Assembly (NCBI GenBank): GCA_032128875.1
Contig: JAVLKG010000008.1
Location: forward strand, 64,001 to 128,000
Length of the DNA stretch: 64,000 nucleotides
Direction: 5' to 3'
Source: Candidatus Melainabacteria bacterium 17Bon1m
GTDB lineage: Bacteria; Cyanobacteriota; Vampirovibrionia; Obscuribacterales; Obscuribacteraceae
Shown here: positions 38,930 through 48,544 of the stretch, piece by piece
Position numbering within the stretch: the first letter of the stretch is position 1
How the letters are laid out: the number at the start of each line of letters is the position of its first letter
Made by a program: the position numbers and the translations under genes
Notes under the pieces: model-generated
What the model saw: only the letters and a program-made list of their open reading frames with translations
What the model was told of the DNA's origin: nothing
Database searches by the model: none

Positions 38930-40081
38930 TTGAAGTCAAATTCTGCACTGGCATTAGCCACCACAATCTGCATCTTATTAAGCGCCTTCCAGGGCTCGGC
39001 TCGACCGGTTTTTTCTGCGACTGAAACAGACGCAAAAAGCGAAAGCAGAACAAGCTCAAAGGCCGCTTTCTTCGCACGCAAACAAGCCGAGGAAGCGTTC
39101 GAGCAGCAATATGAACGCGTCTGGCAACTGGCCGCGCAAAACTTCCTATACGAAGATAGACTGCGCAATTTCGACAACTGGAGAGACAAGTACAAGGGCA
39201 AGATCCACTCTGCACGCGACTATGACAGCGCCTGTACAGCCATGCTCGACTATCTGAATGACGAATACACTTTCTTTCGCGACATCCATTCGACTGGTGA
39301 GCGCAAGACGGAATCAACTGCGCGCAATGTTGTCACTGCAAAAACGTTCAAGAATTCAATCGGCTACATAAAAATCCGCACCTTTAGCGCGCGCGCATGC
39401 GTAGACGAAACACGCAACGCACTCAAACAATTCTCCTTGCAGCGAGCTCTCATTCTCGACTTGAGAGACAACTGGGGAGGCAGTATCGATGACGCTTTCG
39501 CCATCTTCCAAATGCTTGCGGACGCAGGTGACTTCGTCAAAATGGTTGGACGCGAGGACGCCATCGGTTATAGCGAGACGCTCTCCGTAGAGCCACAGCA
39601 GGCTGTAAAAGCGCGCGACGGAGACCTCGTTGTCTTAAGCAGAGAAGCATGTATTGCCCCGCAGATACCGATACTTGTACTAGTCAATGGCGAATCAAAG
39701 TCAGCCGCCGAGATGCTTGCCGGTGCTCTCAAGGACAATGGACGAGCAGCTCTCATCGGTGAAAAAACATTTGGCAAGGGTGTCGTGCAGCAGGTTTGGG
39801 AGTTCGACAACGGAACATCGGTGAAAATCACCTCAGCTCGTTTTTTCCGCCCCTCCGGCTTGCCCATCCAAGGAGTCGGTCTGGCACCAGATGTAAGAGT
39901 GACAGTCAGCCGAGCTTCGGACGCACAGTTGCAGCGCGCCATTCAAATGGCCTTCAACAATTCTCAAAAGCACATCGCCCATCGCCCCGGCCCATCCTTC
40001 ACAAAAGACGCTCAGCATGCGGCTTTCCATCACACAAGCGCGCCCTTTGCCATCAAACAATCGGCCGCAGGCAATCGCTGA
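38930..40081 (+). CDS. S41 (CtpA-like) C-terminal processing peptidase, apparently without PDZ domain
   Basis: Signal peptide, IGYIKI, LILDLRDNWGG, SKSAAE, GEKTFGKG, GVGLAPD. Confidence 0.85.
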   Translation: MKSNSALALATTICILLSAFQGSARPVFSATETDAKSESRTSSKAAFFARKQAEEAFEQQYERVWQLAAQNFLYEDRLRNFDNWRDKYKGKIHSARDYDSACTAMLDYLNDEYTFFRDIHSTGERKTESTARNVVTAKTFKNSIGYIKIRTFSARACVDETRNALKQFSLQRALILDLRDNWGGSIDDAFAIFQMLADAGDFVKMVGREDAIGYSETLSVEPQQAVKARDGDLVVLSREACIAPQIPILVLVNGESKSAAEMLAGALKDNGRAALIGEKTFGKGVVQQVWEFDNGTSVKITSARFFRPSGLPIQGVGLAPDVRVTVSRASDAQLQRAIQMAFNNSQKHIAHRPGPSFTKDAQHAAFHHTSAPFAIKQSAAGNR

Positions 40082-40484
40082 CAGCGAGATTAAACGGCGG
40101 TTCAAACTTCGTACATTGCGTTACAACGCGCTTTCTTAGCTGCTTCTCACCACACCTAGCGGAGCAGATCGAGGCGCCGGATCTGGTGCTTCAGGAAGAT
40201 CGAACCACTACCTTGACAATTATTTAGCTGATTCTGGCAGAAACAGTATTGGTGTCACCATTTAGTTTTGCTTGGCTGTACTTACATCTTTCCACCTCAT
40301 CAAAATAAACACCAGGCAACAAAGCACCAGAACCGTCCTCTCATAGACACCTCTCTCATGCTCATTCAGCGACATCCAATCGCCGGACGAGCAACCGCTT
40401 TGAAAAACTGCCGAATAAACCCCGGCGTTCGCGTAATGCAACTGCCGGATATGATGCATCACTCATCTAGAAGGAAGACTTCCG

Positions 40485-41267
40485 ATGATCATTCTGCAAA
40501 CTCTAAAGTGGCTTGCCATCACCGCCGGCGCTGCGATTGCCGCTGTTCCGGTTTTGCTGGCTATCGCGGTTTGGGCGCTCCTGATTCTCGCTGAGAGCTG
40601 GCACTACAAGCTGTCTCGCTATCGGGCCTTGAAAGCGCTCGAAGATGTCCGCGCACTGAAGGCCCGATTCGCCAAGGCGATTTCGGCTCCCGGACTCAGC
40701 AATCCGCTGATGCGTGGTTTTAGCATTCCGCTCAATCGTTTCGAGAAAGCGCTTGCCACTCTCGAATCCCGCGTCGAAGCGCTCGAGCACGCCAACGATG
40801 TTCGTCACGGACCCCACACTCGCAGCGAATGGAAATACCTTCGCCGAGATGTGAAACGCGTCGTGCGCCGCGGCAAGCAGCTCGAGTACTACCTGGAAGC
40901 GCCTGATGCACGCGATGGCATCTGGCCGTTTGTCGACGATCACACGGCAATCTACGCCGACAACAACTACGAACGTTTCGTGCCTTCACCGGTTCCGGTA
41001 CCCGTTTCTGCGGCTGGTCCCGCTCGCCTGACGCACCGGCCGCACCATGCGCATCGCAACTTCGGCATCGGGCGCGGCGCGCTTGTCGAAGATGTGATGC
41101 CTTCGCTGGAAGAGCGTCGGCAGGCTCAGGCTGCTGTACTTGCCGACAACCCCTCGGTGACCGTACTGCAACCGGTGGTGCGTTCGCAAGTCGCCGTCGG
41201 CGTATACGACAAGAATGGCGTGGTCGTGCCGTTCCGCCGACCGCACAAGATCGACGTGAAAGCGTAA
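40485..41267 (+). CDS. Hypothetical membrane-anchored protein
   Basis: N-terminal TM followed by coiled-coil-like region. Confidence 0.65.
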   Translation: MIILQTLKWLAITAGAAIAAVPVLLAIAVWALLILAESWHYKLSRYRALKALEDVRALKARFAKAISAPGLSNPLMRGFSIPLNRFEKALATLESRVEALEHANDVRHGPHTRSEWKYLRRDVKRVVRRGKQLEYYLEAPDARDGIWPFVDDHTAIYADNNYERFVPSPVPVPVSAAGPARLTHRPHHAHRNFGIGRGALVEDVMPSLEERRQAQAAVLADNPSVTVLQPVVRSQVAVGVYDKNGVVVPFRRPHKIDVKA

Positions 41268-41527
41268 AACGATCGCAAGATCCGGGGAAGTGGGCCAATG
41301 GGTCCGCCGTGTGCGGAGCAAACGCACTGGTCTTCTTCTCCGGATCTGCCAAAGCTCGCAAGCGTCTTGTTCCATCTGCTTGCGAGTCGAATAGGAAACA
41401 CGCTCTGCGCTCGCGTCTCACGGGTTCAGCAAAAGCCTGGCACCGCCGGGTTTTTGACATGCGTCATTTCGCCCTGCTCGCCTCATCCGGAGGATTTTCT
41501 ACGGAACAACAACAGGGAAATAAAAAC

Positions 41528-42037
41528 ATGAGACAAGTGAAGTTCATCGCCACGGCGCTCGTCGTGGCACTTTCGACCATTGCCACTCCCGCTGCCTTGG
41601 CTGCGGACAATATGGACATCACGATTGAGGTGGGTAAACCCCTCAAATACCTGAAGCCCATCACCGACGACAAGCCCGCGAAGCTCAACGGCATCGCGGA
41701 TTTGACGAAGGACGGCAAGGTCAAGAAGCCCAACTTCGAGCCATTCACAGTGGCGAAGAAGACAATCACCGGAACCAACTATTCGACGAAACCCGGCGAC
41801 TTCATCATCGCCGAAAAAGGCTCCTACGTATGGGCCGAGAAAGGCTCGCACGTCGAAGCGATGGCTGGTTCCGTCGTCATCGCCATGGGTGGAACAGTCA
41901 CTGCCCATGCCGGTTCGCGCGTTGATGCGTATGACGGCAGCAAAGTCATCGCCAAATCGGGTTCTACCGTCGTTACGGAGAACGCGTCGTTGGTGACGGC
42001 TGAGCCCGGCGCCACAGTGATTGTCGAAATCGAATAG
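41528..42037 (+). CDS. Secreted protein with octapeptide (VxAxxGSx) beta-solenoid repeats
   Basis: Signal peptide ending ALAA; about 9 repeats; start moved to ATG 41528. Confidence 0.75.
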   Translation: MRQVKFIATALVVALSTIATPAALAADNMDITIEVGKPLKYLKPITDDKPAKLNGIADLTKDGKVKKPNFEPFTVAKKTITGTNYSTKPGDFIIAEKGSYVWAEKGSHVEAMAGSVVIAMGGTVTAHAGSRVDAYDGSKVIAKSGSTVVTENASLVTAEPGATVIVEIE

Positions 42038-42095
42038 GGCACGGCAACAACTTTAGCCCGGTGCAATTCCGCACCGGTTTGAAAAGGAGCAATCC

Positions 42096-42323
42096 ATGCG
42101 TCTTGAAGTCACACCGAAGGAACCCTGGCACATCCGCATCAAGGATAACGGCAAGGTCGTCCTCGACAAGGTCCTCGAAGCCGGCGTCGCCCACGTCGTC
42201 GAAACCGCAGCGCCCGCATGCGGCACGACCGAAGCGTTTCTCGTCGAAGGCGACGATGAGATGCTGATCGGCAGCGCCGAGTACGGTGCGTGCCCGGACG
42301 AAGGCGAACAGGCGAAGTCCTGA
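42096..42323 (+). CDS. Small hypothetical protein
   Basis: AAGGAG RBS, codon bias. Confidence 0.6.
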   Translation: MRLEVTPKEPWHIRIKDNGKVVLDKVLEAGVAHVVETAAPACGTTEAFLVEGDDEMLIGSAEYGACPDEGEQAKS

Positions 42324-42622
42324 CGCTCTGAGATAGCGGCGCTCTAGAATTCATTCTGGACGTCGTCGCCTCTCTCAAGGGGCAGGGGATGTGGTCTAAC
42401 AGCCATGTCCCCTGCTTCTTCTGGCTGTCTTCAAAGGAAAGGCACATGCGTGTGCTTTTCCTTTGCAGACACTCCGTCTGCAGGAGATGCCCAGAGCATC
42501 TTCTTTCCGCGGGTTACTGACTGCTCCAACAGCAATGAAAAAAACATTGGGGTATTGAGGAATCCGCACATCACCACCGGAATGCTGCAGTAATGCACGC
42601 ATTCCCAAGCAAGGATGAAACT

Positions 42623-43018
42623 ATGTCCTTCAAGTGCGGTTGGCAGGCAGGCGGCTTCTTCGCCGTCTACATCGGCGTTATCGCCTTCGTGATTCGCATC
42701 ATCTTCGGCGACCACACGCTGGCACAAGCAGGAACCGAAGCGTTGACGGTCGGGCTCTACAGCGCGACCCTCTACACGCTCGGGTACTACCTCGGCGGCG
42801 CGATCTTCGAGCTGCGGTATCTGCTCTTCATCGTCGCCGGAGCGGTCGGCATGTGGCTCCTCGGCGACCACATGAATGCCGTCTACGCGGCAAGCTTCAC
42901 GTCCACGTTCTTCCTGGCGGTCTACACCGGGTTGGCGGGGCTGATGGCTTTCCTCGGCGTCGACGACCAACATGGCGAAGCCTACATGAACTGGCTGGCT
43001 GCGAACGACATGCTCTAA
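42623..43018 (+). CDS. Small multi-TM membrane protein
   Basis: About 4 hydrophobic helices; start ATG 42623. Confidence 0.7.
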   Translation: MSFKCGWQAGGFFAVYIGVIAFVIRIIFGDHTLAQAGTEALTVGLYSATLYTLGYYLGGAIFELRYLLFIVAGAVGMWLLGDHMNAVYAASFTSTFFLAVYTGLAGLMAFLGVDDQHGEAYMNWLAANDML

Positions 43019-43171
43019 GCATGTGAGCGGCAGTTAGTTTGTGGGGAAACGGTTGGACTGGAGAAGCTCATCAAGAGCTCGTCTTCACTCCACCGTTTCT
43101 TTTTCAAAAACCGCAATGACATGCCATAGTAGAACCTTGAAAAAGGAGATATAGATGGATGAAAGTGGCGT

Positions 43172-43675
43172 TTATTTCTTGCGCTTGTAGTTGGCGGACA
43201 TGATTTGCGTCCACTTACCATCCGCACCTTGCAAACGCGAACGCAGAATGCGATTGTCGTCGTCGACAATCTCGATAATGTCCTGATAGTTCAGCTCTTT
43301 GCCTTCGTTTTCAAAGTCAGGTCCTACGGTGCTCAATGTCAAAACCTTCTTGTCTGCATCGAGTTCACCCTGATAGACCCACATGTTGGTCATCATCGAA
43401 CCAACCCAACTGCCCACAAAGTGCTTCTTCTTCGGGTCGTATCCGAGAGTCATTCTAGTCAGACCTGAACCCTCAGGCGACTTCATCTCACCCTCAGCGA
43501 TCATCCAGAAGTCACCAACTGCTCGAACTGTTTCATGTCCAGTGCTCTTGCTGGCCGGTTGCTCAGGACCCATATGGCATTCGCCTTCAATAGTCCAATC
43601 GCCGACCAGCTTCAACAGCCACTTGTGCTCCTCTTCCGGCTGCGGCGGCGTCCACTTCTTTTCTTCATCAGCCAT
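43172..43675 (-). CDS. DUF1579 family protein
   Basis: EHKWLLKLVGDW, LGYDPKKKHFVGSWVGSM. Confidence 0.85.
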   Translation of the reverse strand: MADEEKKWTPPQPEEEHKWLLKLVGDWTIEGECHMGPEQPASKSTGHETVRAVGDFWMIAEGEMKSPEGSGLTRMTLGYDPKKKHFVGSWVGSMMTNMWVYQGELDADKKVLTLSTVGPDFENEGKELNYQDIIEIVDDDNRILRSRLQGADGKWTQIMSANYKRKK

Positions 43676-43979
43676 GTCGGGTACCTCGTGATGTCATTCG
43701 CGAACCGCATATAATCGCGGTTTCAACAGGTTATCTCTTTCAGAACAGGGAGTCCAAACGTTCATTCTATCCGCCTGAAAGTTGGCGAAAGTCATTAGGG
43801 CGAGCCAAGTTTACGAAGGTTTTCTTCGCGAACCTTTCCCACCCTCTGCTACTGCGCATAGTACAAATATGTTTTAAAGGAAACGAGCCTGGCATCACGA
43901 TTGCCGAAGCAATTGCAATGACCAGGTCGTTTCCAAAACTCAACTCGAACGCGTTCGACAGTTACAACGCGTTCAAAAC

Positions 43980-44912
43980 CTATAGCGCGTTCGACATCTC
44001 GTAGAGATCGTCGGCGAGCTTTTCGATCTTGGCGCGGTCAGCGACCTTTGCCAGCCACTGCGCGGGAATCGCATCGACACCCAGATAAGCGCCGGCGATC
44101 TGACCGTAGATGGCTGCCGTCGTATCCGCATCGTCGCCGAGATTGGCGGCGAGCAGACAGCCGGTTTTGAAGTCGTCCGATTTGTAGAATGCCCACAAAG
44201 CGGCTTCCAGAGCCTTCGCCGCGTAGCCGCTGCCTTTGATTGTCGGCGGCTCGTTCGTCTTGAACGAACCACCAGCAATCTCGGCAATCTCCTTGCACAG
44301 CGGGAACTTGTCCCAGTAGCCAGGCTCCGGACCGTAGTTGGCGCCGAGGAGAGTTTCCTTGCTCTCGCCGTTGAGCGCCCCAACGATAATCGCTGCCATG
44401 TAGCGGCAAGCGTCGACGGCGACGGTGGCACCATGAGTGGTGCGCGAACTTTCTGCGGACTTCTCGACAGCGTTGGCGGCGTCATTGAAGTACACCAGCG
44501 GAACTGGCGCCAAGCGCATGATCGAGCCGTTGCCGGCCGTGTACGGATCGGTAGAACCGGCGTACGGATTGCTGCCGTTTTTCTCGAATTTGGCGAGCGC
44601 TGCGCTGACGGTATTGCCGATGTCGAAGCATTCGCCGTTGCTGCTCATGTAGCCTTCGCGCCACCAGCGAACGTAGCGTTCCATCTGGTCTTTGGCGTCG
44701 AAGCCGAAACACTCGATAAGGCTAGCCGCCAGGCAAAGCGCCATCGAGGTGTCGTCAGTCCATTCGCCGGCCTTGAGTTTGAACGGACCGCCGCCGACCA
44801 TGTCGGAGATGGGTTCGAACGTGCCGGGCGGCATGAACTCGAGCGTGGTGCCTACCGCATCGCATGCAGCAAGACCAAGCATTGCACCGCGGAATCGTTT
44901 CTTTAGACGCAT
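43980..44912 (-). CDS. ADP-ribosylglycohydrolase (DraG/ARH family)
   Basis: DAVG, GEWTDDT, GNGSIMR, TTH, GDDADTTAAIYGQIAGA. Confidence 0.92.
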   Translation of the reverse strand: MRLKKRFRGAMLGLAACDAVGTTLEFMPPGTFEPISDMVGGGPFKLKAGEWTDDTSMALCLAASLIECFGFDAKDQMERYVRWWREGYMSSNGECFDIGNTVSAALAKFEKNGSNPYAGSTDPYTAGNGSIMRLAPVPLVYFNDAANAVEKSAESSRTTHGATVAVDACRYMAAIIVGALNGESKETLLGANYGPEPGYWDKFPLCKEIAEIAGGSFKTNEPPTIKGSGYAAKALEAALWAFYKSDDFKTGCLLAANLGDDADTTAAIYGQIAGAYLGVDAIPAQWLAKVADRAKIEKLADDLYEMSNAL

Positions 44913-45123
44913 TGATTCATCCCTGATTCAATTGGTTTGCGTTTCGGGTGAGGTTGGCCCAAAGCGTTTGCGCGACGCACCAATTATGGCAGATGCGTCA
45001 TGCGAACGAGTGGGGATTGCGACAGGGAGCGGACCTCCAGATGGAATCCATCGCACCGCATTGCTGCAGCGCAACTTCATCCACTTTCGAGATCCGCTCC
45101 CGCGCAATGATGTCCAGTGCTGA

Positions 45124-46173
45124 TTACTCAGCAGCGACCGGCTGAGCAGGCGTCGCAGCCTGGAACGCCTTCTTATCCTCTTCCGTGAGGAGAGTGAAAG
45201 CGGGGTCGGACAGGAAGCGAACCGGCATAATCGGATCGAGCATGCCGGTGCCAAGGCCGAGCAGACCCGTTCCGTAGCGGTTGGTCTTCACGCCGAGGCG
45301 GGCGTACAGCTCCAGGCATGCGCCGATGCAGGTCCAGTGACTGGCTGCGCGGCGGCCGGTGAAAAGACCGAACCAGTCGTAACCGGTGACGGTCAGCTTG
45401 CTCTTGATCCAGTTTTTCGCGAAGCCAGGCAGCGGAACATACCGCAGCACCTTGTCGCGCGTAGCACGAGCTTCCTGACGCCAGCGGTCGTTCTCCTTGA
45501 GCATGACGCGGCAGAGCTTCGGCATCAGCTCGAGCTCTTCGGCAGTGAGCGGATGATTGAGCCGCATGACCACGTAGTGACCGCGGCTTTCCGGCTTGCG
45601 CGTAAGAACCTCGACGCGGTTGAACACCGTGCCGTGTTCCATATACGAGCTGAAAGCCATGAGCTTGCCGTCTTCCTGCAGCACCACCACTTCGCCGTGA
45701 CCAACCGATTCATGCAAGCGAGTGGCGATGCGGCCGGAGGTGAGGATGAGGTCGCCGGGGCGCAGCACTTCCTTGGGTGGGTTGATCCAGGTGCCCTTCG
45801 GCAGCGGTCCGTGCCCCTTAGTCATGTACTGCTTGCGGTTGCGCCGGTAGAGCGCATAGACACCGCCCCAAGCGAGAAGCTCGGCTACGGCAGCGATGAG
45901 AATCGACTGCGAATCGGTGCTGTAAACCGCCAGACCCGCCAGCGCCAAACCTGTCCACATGGGCAGGAGCACCTTGAGGCGGGAGAAAAGATCGAAGTAG
46001 GTCGTGAACAGCTGGCGCATGCCGAGCACCGTGAGGGCGAGCCAGAAACCGCTCACCGCCAGGCAACTCAGACTAAACTCCCAGCTCAGACCACCGTGGA
46101 ACCACAGCCAGGTCATGTAGCCCAACAGAATGTAGGACGACTGACCAGCGAACTTCATGATGCGATAGAACAT
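45124..46173 (-). CDS. Membrane protein with permuted papain-like (YiiX/LRAT-like NlpC/P60) domain
   Basis: About 4 N-terminal TMs; LRPGDLIL...VGHGEVV (His) preceding YDW...WTC (Cys). Confidence 0.65.
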   Translation of the reverse strand: MFYRIMKFAGQSSYILLGYMTWLWFHGGLSWEFSLSCLAVSGFWLALTVLGMRQLFTTYFDLFSRLKVLLPMWTGLALAGLAVYSTDSQSILIAAVAELLAWGGVYALYRRNRKQYMTKGHGPLPKGTWINPPKEVLRPGDLILTSGRIATRLHESVGHGEVVVLQEDGKLMAFSSYMEHGTVFNRVEVLTRKPESRGHYVVMRLNHPLTAEELELMPKLCRVMLKENDRWRQEARATRDKVLRYVPLPGFAKNWIKSKLTVTGYDWFGLFTGRRAASHWTCIGACLELYARLGVKTNRYGTGLLGLGTGMLDPIMPVRFLSDPAFTLLTEEDKKAFQAATPAQPVAAE

Positions 46174-46323
46174 AGGAAACTTCTTCCTGCGCTTTCGCGC
46201 GTTTGTTTAGCAGAGTGGCGGAGCGCCGCTCTGCAAGGAAACACACATAGATTCGTGGCGTTCCTTTGTTTTGAACCTCAGGCAGGGCGACACCGCATTC
46301 GGTGCAACCCTTATGCGTGACAA

Positions 46324-46355
46324 GGAAAAGGGCAGCGGTTTTGACCGCTGCCCTT
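46324..46355 (-). terminator. Intrinsic terminator downstream of bdhA
   Basis: AAGGGCAGCGGT/ACCGCTGCCCTT stem with T run on the minus strand. Confidence 0.65.
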
Positions 46356-46431
46356 GCCTCAAACTATTGATTCATCACGGTCGACGCATGGCGTCGACCC
46401 TACAAATAAGCGCTCGCGTCCCTGCGACTGT

Positions 46432-47289
46432 TTACCTTGCGACCCAGCCGCCGTCCATCACCATCGTTTGACCGGTGATGTTAGCTGCCGCAGGTCCGGC
46501 AAGGAAAACAGCCATTTCGCCGATTTGATCGACCTCGGTGAAGCGCTTGCTAGGTTGCTTTTCTTCGAGCAGTTTCACTGTTGCTTCTTCAATCGAGATG
46601 CCGTTCTTCGCAGCGAGCGCCTCAATCTGTTTCTCCACAAGCGGGGTGCGAACCCAGCCCGGGCAGATGGCGTTGGCAGTGATGCCGTTTTCTGCATTCT
46701 CGAGCGCCACCACTTTGGTGAGCCCGACAATGCCGTGCTTGGCGGCGACGTAAGCAGCCTTCTCGGCTGAGGCAACCAAACCGTGCACGGACGCGATATT
46801 GATGATGCGCCCGAATCCGCCTTCCTTCATCTTAGGCAGCGCCGCCTTCATGGCATGAAATGCTGCGCTCAGATTGATGGCGATGATTTGATCCCACTTC
46901 TCGGCCGGGAAGTCTTCGAGGCGGGAAGTATGCTGGATGCCGGCATTATTGACGAGAATGTCTACGCCGCCGAACAAGTCGGAGGCGTAGTCGATCATGT
47001 CGACGATGTCGGCAGGATTTTGCATGTTGGCGGCGTGGTACTGAACCTCGACACCATGCTCATCGGCGAGTGCCTGGCGAGTCTTTTCGACCTCAGCCGC
47101 ATCACCCAGTCCGTTGAGCAAAACTGAAGCACCGTTTCTGGCGAACGCCTTGGCGATCCCCAGACCAATGCCGCTCGTGGAGCCGGTGACAATCGCCACC
47201 TTGCCTGCAAGCGGACGCGTGTCCGTCGTGGACTTCGCTGCTTTGGTTTTGCGTGCCATTTCAGTCTCTCTATCTGATGTTTGAACCAT
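46432..47289 (-). CDS. bdhA: 3-hydroxybutyrate dehydrogenase (SDR)
   Basis: TGSTSGIG, NNAGIQH, SVHGLVAS, KAAYVAAKHG, CPGWVRTPLVEKQI; may start at 47259. Confidence 0.92.
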   Translation of the reverse strand: MVQTSDRETEMARKTKAAKSTTDTRPLAGKVAIVTGSTSGIGLGIAKAFARNGASVLLNGLGDAAEVEKTRQALADEHGVEVQYHAANMQNPADIVDMIDYASDLFGGVDILVNNAGIQHTSRLEDFPAEKWDQIIAINLSAAFHAMKAALPKMKEGGFGRIINIASVHGLVASAEKAAYVAAKHGIVGLTKVVALENAENGITANAICPGWVRTPLVEKQIEALAAKNGISIEEATVKLLEEKQPSKRFTEVDQIGEMAVFLAGPAAANITGQTMVMDGGWVAR

Positions 47290-47452
47290 GACTTACCTGC
47301 TCAAAGGAAAAAACTCTTGCCTCGCGACATGGAGTCGCGGCTGCGATGACCTTGCGAGTTAATCGCAGCAAGCATACGCTTTAATTTTGCGGTCACTATG
47401 AACCGCGCGTTTGCTTTTGGCAAGAGTTTCTATTTAAGCGGGCGTCACCATC

Positions 47453-48331
47453 TCACTGAGCAGCCGCCTCGGTTTCCGGCTTGGGAAGCCGTCCTTTGGC
47501 GATCGCATCGGTGAGAACCGAATGTGCGGTTTTGTAACCATCCGCGATCATTCGTTCGCACGTTTCAGCAGAGACACCGAAATTCAAACCCGCCACATCC
47601 GGCAGACCGCAATCGACAACGATGTGCAGATTGGGGTCGACGACACGCCGATGTCCGGCGATCGGGAAGTAGAGCTCGCGCATGTGGAAGTACCAATCGA
47701 TCGGATACTTCACTTCACGCGGAAGTTCAGAGGCAGGCTTGAGCGTGCTCACGATGGCAGGTGCCGTCGAGAAACACGTCGGGTTGTAGTGGAAGAGCGC
47801 GCCGTCGGCGAGAAGCCGCATGCGAGCCCCGTCTTGATACCACTTCGGGCGCAGCACCGAAGGCAACGCGCAAGAAGCGGTGAGCGCAGTAGCCAGATCG
47901 TAATCTTCACCTTCGAAGACCACGGGCTCCTGAGCGATAAGGTCGAACGCAACGATCTTGAGCTGCTTATTCGGCTTGAGACCGAACTCGCGGACCATCT
48001 CGCGCATCGGCTGAGTGAGGTCCACCGGACCACCAATCATGACCGAGAGCGGGTCGCCCCAGGAAAGAGCGCTGATGATCATGCCCATGTTCATGCGGTT
48101 GCCCAGCCCCCGGTGGAAAACGCGCGTCAATTCCTCGACGCCGTAACCATTGGTGACAAAGGCAGCGATGATGGAGCCGACCGAGGCACCAGTAACGGTG
48201 CCAACGGGAATACCCAGCTCCTCAATTACCTTCCAGACTCCGATGTGTCCAAAGCCCTTAACGCCGCCGGCGCCAAGAACAACGTCTACTCGTTCGCCCG
48301 GTTGGCGAGACTTGTTTGTGCAAGTAACCAT
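47453..48331 (-). CDS. Patatin-like phospholipase/esterase
   Basis: LGAGGVKG, GASVG, DGA; start moved to ATG 48331 with AAGGAG. Confidence 0.85.
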   Translation of the reverse strand: MVTCTNKSRQPGERVDVVLGAGGVKGFGHIGVWKVIEELGIPVGTVTGASVGSIIAAFVTNGYGVEELTRVFHRGLGNRMNMGMIISALSWGDPLSVMIGGPVDLTQPMREMVREFGLKPNKQLKIVAFDLIAQEPVVFEGEDYDLATALTASCALPSVLRPKWYQDGARMRLLADGALFHYNPTCFSTAPAIVSTLKPASELPREVKYPIDWYFHMRELYFPIAGHRRVVDPNLHIVVDCGLPDVAGLNFGVSAETCERMIADGYKTAHSVLTDAIAKGRLPKPETEAAAQ

Positions 48332-48451
48332 GTAGATCTCCTTTCGGATTCTAGTGATTAGATTCAAGGGTAACGGGCAATTATTGAGCCTCCTTCTACC
48401 CTGACTATTTGCAAGAAAACGCACGCACGAACACCATTGTCCGCGCGTGCG

Positions 48452-48517
48452 GTAGGGGCGGCATTAATGCCGCCCGCCGATGCCTTAGGAAAAGCAGGCG
48501 AGCCGCCTGCGGTTCCC
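48452..48517. repeat. REP-like palindromes
   Basis: GTAG-GGGCGGCAT-TA-ATGCCGCCC (48452-75) plus GCAGGCG-AGC-CGCCTGC. Confidence 0.65.
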
Positions 48518-48544
48518 CTAAACGAGAGAGAAAGAGACAGCGCC

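Noticed and set aside
43980-44912. Nitrogenase regulator draG
   Set aside because: No draT or nif genes in the window; only a family-level ARH call is supported
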